The notes under the pieces are model-generated. The model did not search any database. It had not been told where the DNA came from and was given only the letters and a program-made list of their open reading frames with translations. A stretch of DNA of 48,706 bases. Origin: Fimbriimonadales bacterium (lineage in GTDB: Bacteria; Armatimonadota; Fimbriimonadia; Fimbriimonadales; JABRVX01). Shown here piece after piece: positions 46,636-48,706 of this stretch. The position numbers were made by a program, and so were the translations under genes. The DNA lies in the NCBI GenBank assembly GCA_045862955.1, contig BTVI01000023.1, forward strand, positions 1-48,706, written 5' to 3'. How positions within the stretch are numbered: the first letter of the stretch is position 1; every line of letters begins with the position of its first letter.

Positions 46636-48087
46636 CTATAGGATGTAGCGACACAGGTCGGTGTCGCCGGCGATGTCAGCGAGTCGTTCGCGCACGAGGT
46701 CCGCCGTCACGGTGACTACTGGCGGGTCAATCTCCGGGGCGTCGAAGAGGTAGGGCTCGAGTACGCGCTCCATCACCGTGTGGAGTCTTCGGGCACCGAT
46801 ATTCTCCGTCCGTGCGTTGATGTCGGTGGCTATGCGTGCGATCTCTTGAATCGCCTCGGGCTCGAAGTTCAGGGTGATCCCTTCGGTGCCCAGGAGTTGA
46901 GCGTACTGCCTGACCAGCGAGTTCTGGGGCTCGGTGAGTATCCGCAGAAAGTCTTGCTCGTTCAGCGGGCTGAGTTCCACCCGGATGGGAAGGCGTCCCT
47001 GCAGCTCGGGTATCAGGTCCGAGGGCTTTGCGACGTGGAAGGCGCCCGCAGCGATGAAGAGCACGAAGTCGGTTTTGACGGGTCCATATTTGGTGACAAC
47101 GGTGGTTCCCTCGATGAGTGGCAGGAGGTCACGCTGCACGCCCTCGCGGGACACGTCCGGCCCGGAGCCTCCGCTCGCCCCGGTGACCTTGTCTAGCTCG
47201 TCCAGAAAGATGATGCCGGTCTGCTCGACGCGCGCGACGGCTTCTTTGGTTACTGCCGCCTGGTCCACCATCTTGCGCGCTTCCTCTTCCGTGAGGATGG
47301 GGAGCGCCTCCTTGACCGTCATGCGCTGAGAGGATCGCCGGCCCCCGAAAGCGGAGAAGGGGTTGGCCACGTCCACACCCATCTCTTCCATTCCCTGCGC
47401 CGAGAAGACTTGGATGAAGGGGCTGCTCGGCTCTTCGAGCTCCACCTCGACCAGGTCGTCATCTCTCGCTCCCTCTCGGATCTGCTGGATGATGGTGGCC
47501 TTAGCTCGGGCGCGACGGTCGCTGGGCTCGGGCTCGTCATGCTGCGCGGGCTGCTCCACCGTCGCTCCCTCTGGCCGAAGCGTTCCTAACATCTCCATCG
47601 CCTGGGTAAACAGCGGGTGAGGGCGGCCCATCGGGCGAGAATCTTCTCTGTCCTCTCCCATCAGCAGGTCTGCGATGCGGTCGAGGGCGCGCTCGCGGGC
47701 GGCTTCGGCAACCTCGGCAGTACGCTCGCTTTCGACGAGGCGGACGGCGATGTTAGTGAGGTCACGGATCATCGAGTCGACGTCGCGACCGACATAGCCG
47801 ACCTCCGTGAACTTGGTAGCTTCCACCTTGAGGAATGGGGCCTTTGCCAGCTTGGCGAGCCTGCGAGCGATCTCGGTTTTCCCCACGCCGGTCGGGCCCA
47901 TCATCAGGATGTTCTTGGGGAGGATCTCCTCCCTTTGGTCTTCGGGAAGGCGCGCGCGTCGGAACCGGTTCCTCATGGCTACAGCCACCGCGCGCTTGGC
48001 CCGGTCTTGGCCGACGATGTACTTGTCCAGCTCCGCAACGATCTGTCTTGGGGTCAGGTCTTCGATGGGGATGTGCGGGTTCGGCAC
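46636..48087 (-). CDS. hslU: ATP-dependent protease ATPase subunit HslU
   Basis: LTPRQIVAELDKYIVGQ, GPTGVGKTE, KFTEVGYVG, GVQRDLLP, GRLPIRVEL, NIGARRL, terminal RYIL. Confidence 0.96.
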   Translation of the reverse strand: MPNPHIPIEDLTPRQIVAELDKYIVGQDRAKRAVAVAMRNRFRRARLPEDQREEILPKNILMMGPTGVGKTEIARRLAKLAKAPFLKVEATKFTEVGYVGRDVDSMIRDLTNIAVRLVESERTAEVAEAARERALDRIADLLMGEDREDSRPMGRPHPLFTQAMEMLGTLRPEGATVEQPAQHDEPEPSDRRARAKATIIQQIREGARDDDLVEVELEEPSSPFIQVFSAQGMEEMGVDVANPFSAFGGRRSSQRMTVKEALPILTEEEARKMVDQAAVTKEAVARVEQTGIIFLDELDKVTGASGGSGPDVSREGVQRDLLPLIEGTTVVTKYGPVKTDFVLFIAAGAFHVAKPSDLIPELQGRLPIRVELSPLNEQDFLRILTEPQNSLVRQYAQLLGTEGITLNFEPEAIQEIARIATDINARTENIGARRLHTVMERVLEPYLFDAPEIDPPVVTVTADLVRERLADIAGDTDLCRYIL

Positions 48088-48158
48088 GTTCGGGATTATA
48101 CCTTTGGCCCCTACGTGCCGAGAATCACGGTGACTGCCCGCGATATCGGAGGTGGCAA

Positions 48159-48662
48159 GTGCGCGGTTTCCTCATTCTCACCGCCTTGACGGTCGGTGTC
48201 ATGTCCGGCGGTGCGCCGTTGGGAGTGGGCTCGAAGGTACCCGAGCTTACGCTTCCGAGGGCGACCGGCCCGAACCTCAAGCTGAGCACGGTGTGGCCGA
48301 AGCACCCGGCAACCATACTGTACTTCTGGTCGTTCGAGCGGGGGGCCAACCCGGACGAGTTCCTGGCCCTGCAGAACCTCCACACTTCGAGTTTTCCCGA
48401 CGTCGGCATCGTGGCGTTGTGCATCAACGGCACCGACACGGCTGCTCTCGATTGGCAGAAGCAGACGGGTTGCACGTTCGAGTTCGCGGTGGACGCGTCT
48501 GCGCAGGGAGCGACGGCGCGGATGTTCGGGGTGAAGCGCTACCCCACCGTGTTTCTGGTAGACCGCGAGGGACGGATCACTTATCGCAGCGAGACGTTCG
48601 ACGAGGGTCGGCTTCGCGAGGCGCTCGTTGCTGCGGGATGTACCCCGAACGACGGCGAGTGA
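48159..48662 (+). CDS. TlpA/redoxin-fold protein lacking CxxC
   Basis: GTG after GGAGGTGG, signal peptide, VGSKVPELTL, ILYFW, FGVKRYPTVFLVDREGRI. Confidence 0.75.
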   Translation: MRGFLILTALTVGVMSGGAPLGVGSKVPELTLPRATGPNLKLSTVWPKHPATILYFWSFERGANPDEFLALQNLHTSSFPDVGIVALCINGTDTAALDWQKQTGCTFEFAVDASAQGATARMFGVKRYPTVFLVDREGRITYRSETFDEGRLREALVAAGCTPNDGE

Positions 48663-48706
48663 GATTGAACCGGGGGACGAGGGGCGCCCGCCGCGCTGGA
48701 CGCGGC

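Overview
GC-rich bacterial chromosomal window, mostly housekeeping genes. The DUF1559/H-X9-DG pilin-like gene, large SRP RNA and envelope-spanning MlaD suggest a diderm Terrabacterium, probably Armatimonadota (inference). Left to right: a phytase operon (pilin-like DUF1559 protein, beta-propeller phytase, secreted propeller protein) behind three 11-bp-spaced Pho-box-like repeats; thrH-thrC-MetY-like operon; a REP-derived tandem-repeat region; araB-Zn dehydrogenase-araD; an esterase; a probable OM barrel protein; prpBC; accD/accA; pyrF; mlaEFD-rplI-dnaB-purD-purE; a second REP cluster; purB; an unannotated candidate small RNA; an ABC/TPR trio; SRP RNA; rluD; aat; thiN-SSS-FHA; lepB-NUDIX; DUF4446-ECF sigma-anti-sigma; isochorismatase; a metallophosphoesterase; two large secreted paralogs; a nitroreductase pseudogene; hydantoinase B; hslU; and a CxxC-less TlpA-like protein. 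No CRISPR array, tRNA, rRNA or intact transposase was seen. The best novelty candidates are the orphan structured sRNA (~26770-26925), the Pho-box DUF1559-phytase locus, the ThrH/ThrC-coupled sulfhydrylase, the shared REP amplification architecture and a possible STN-domain signalling module. All calls come from reading motifs by eye; no database searches were run.
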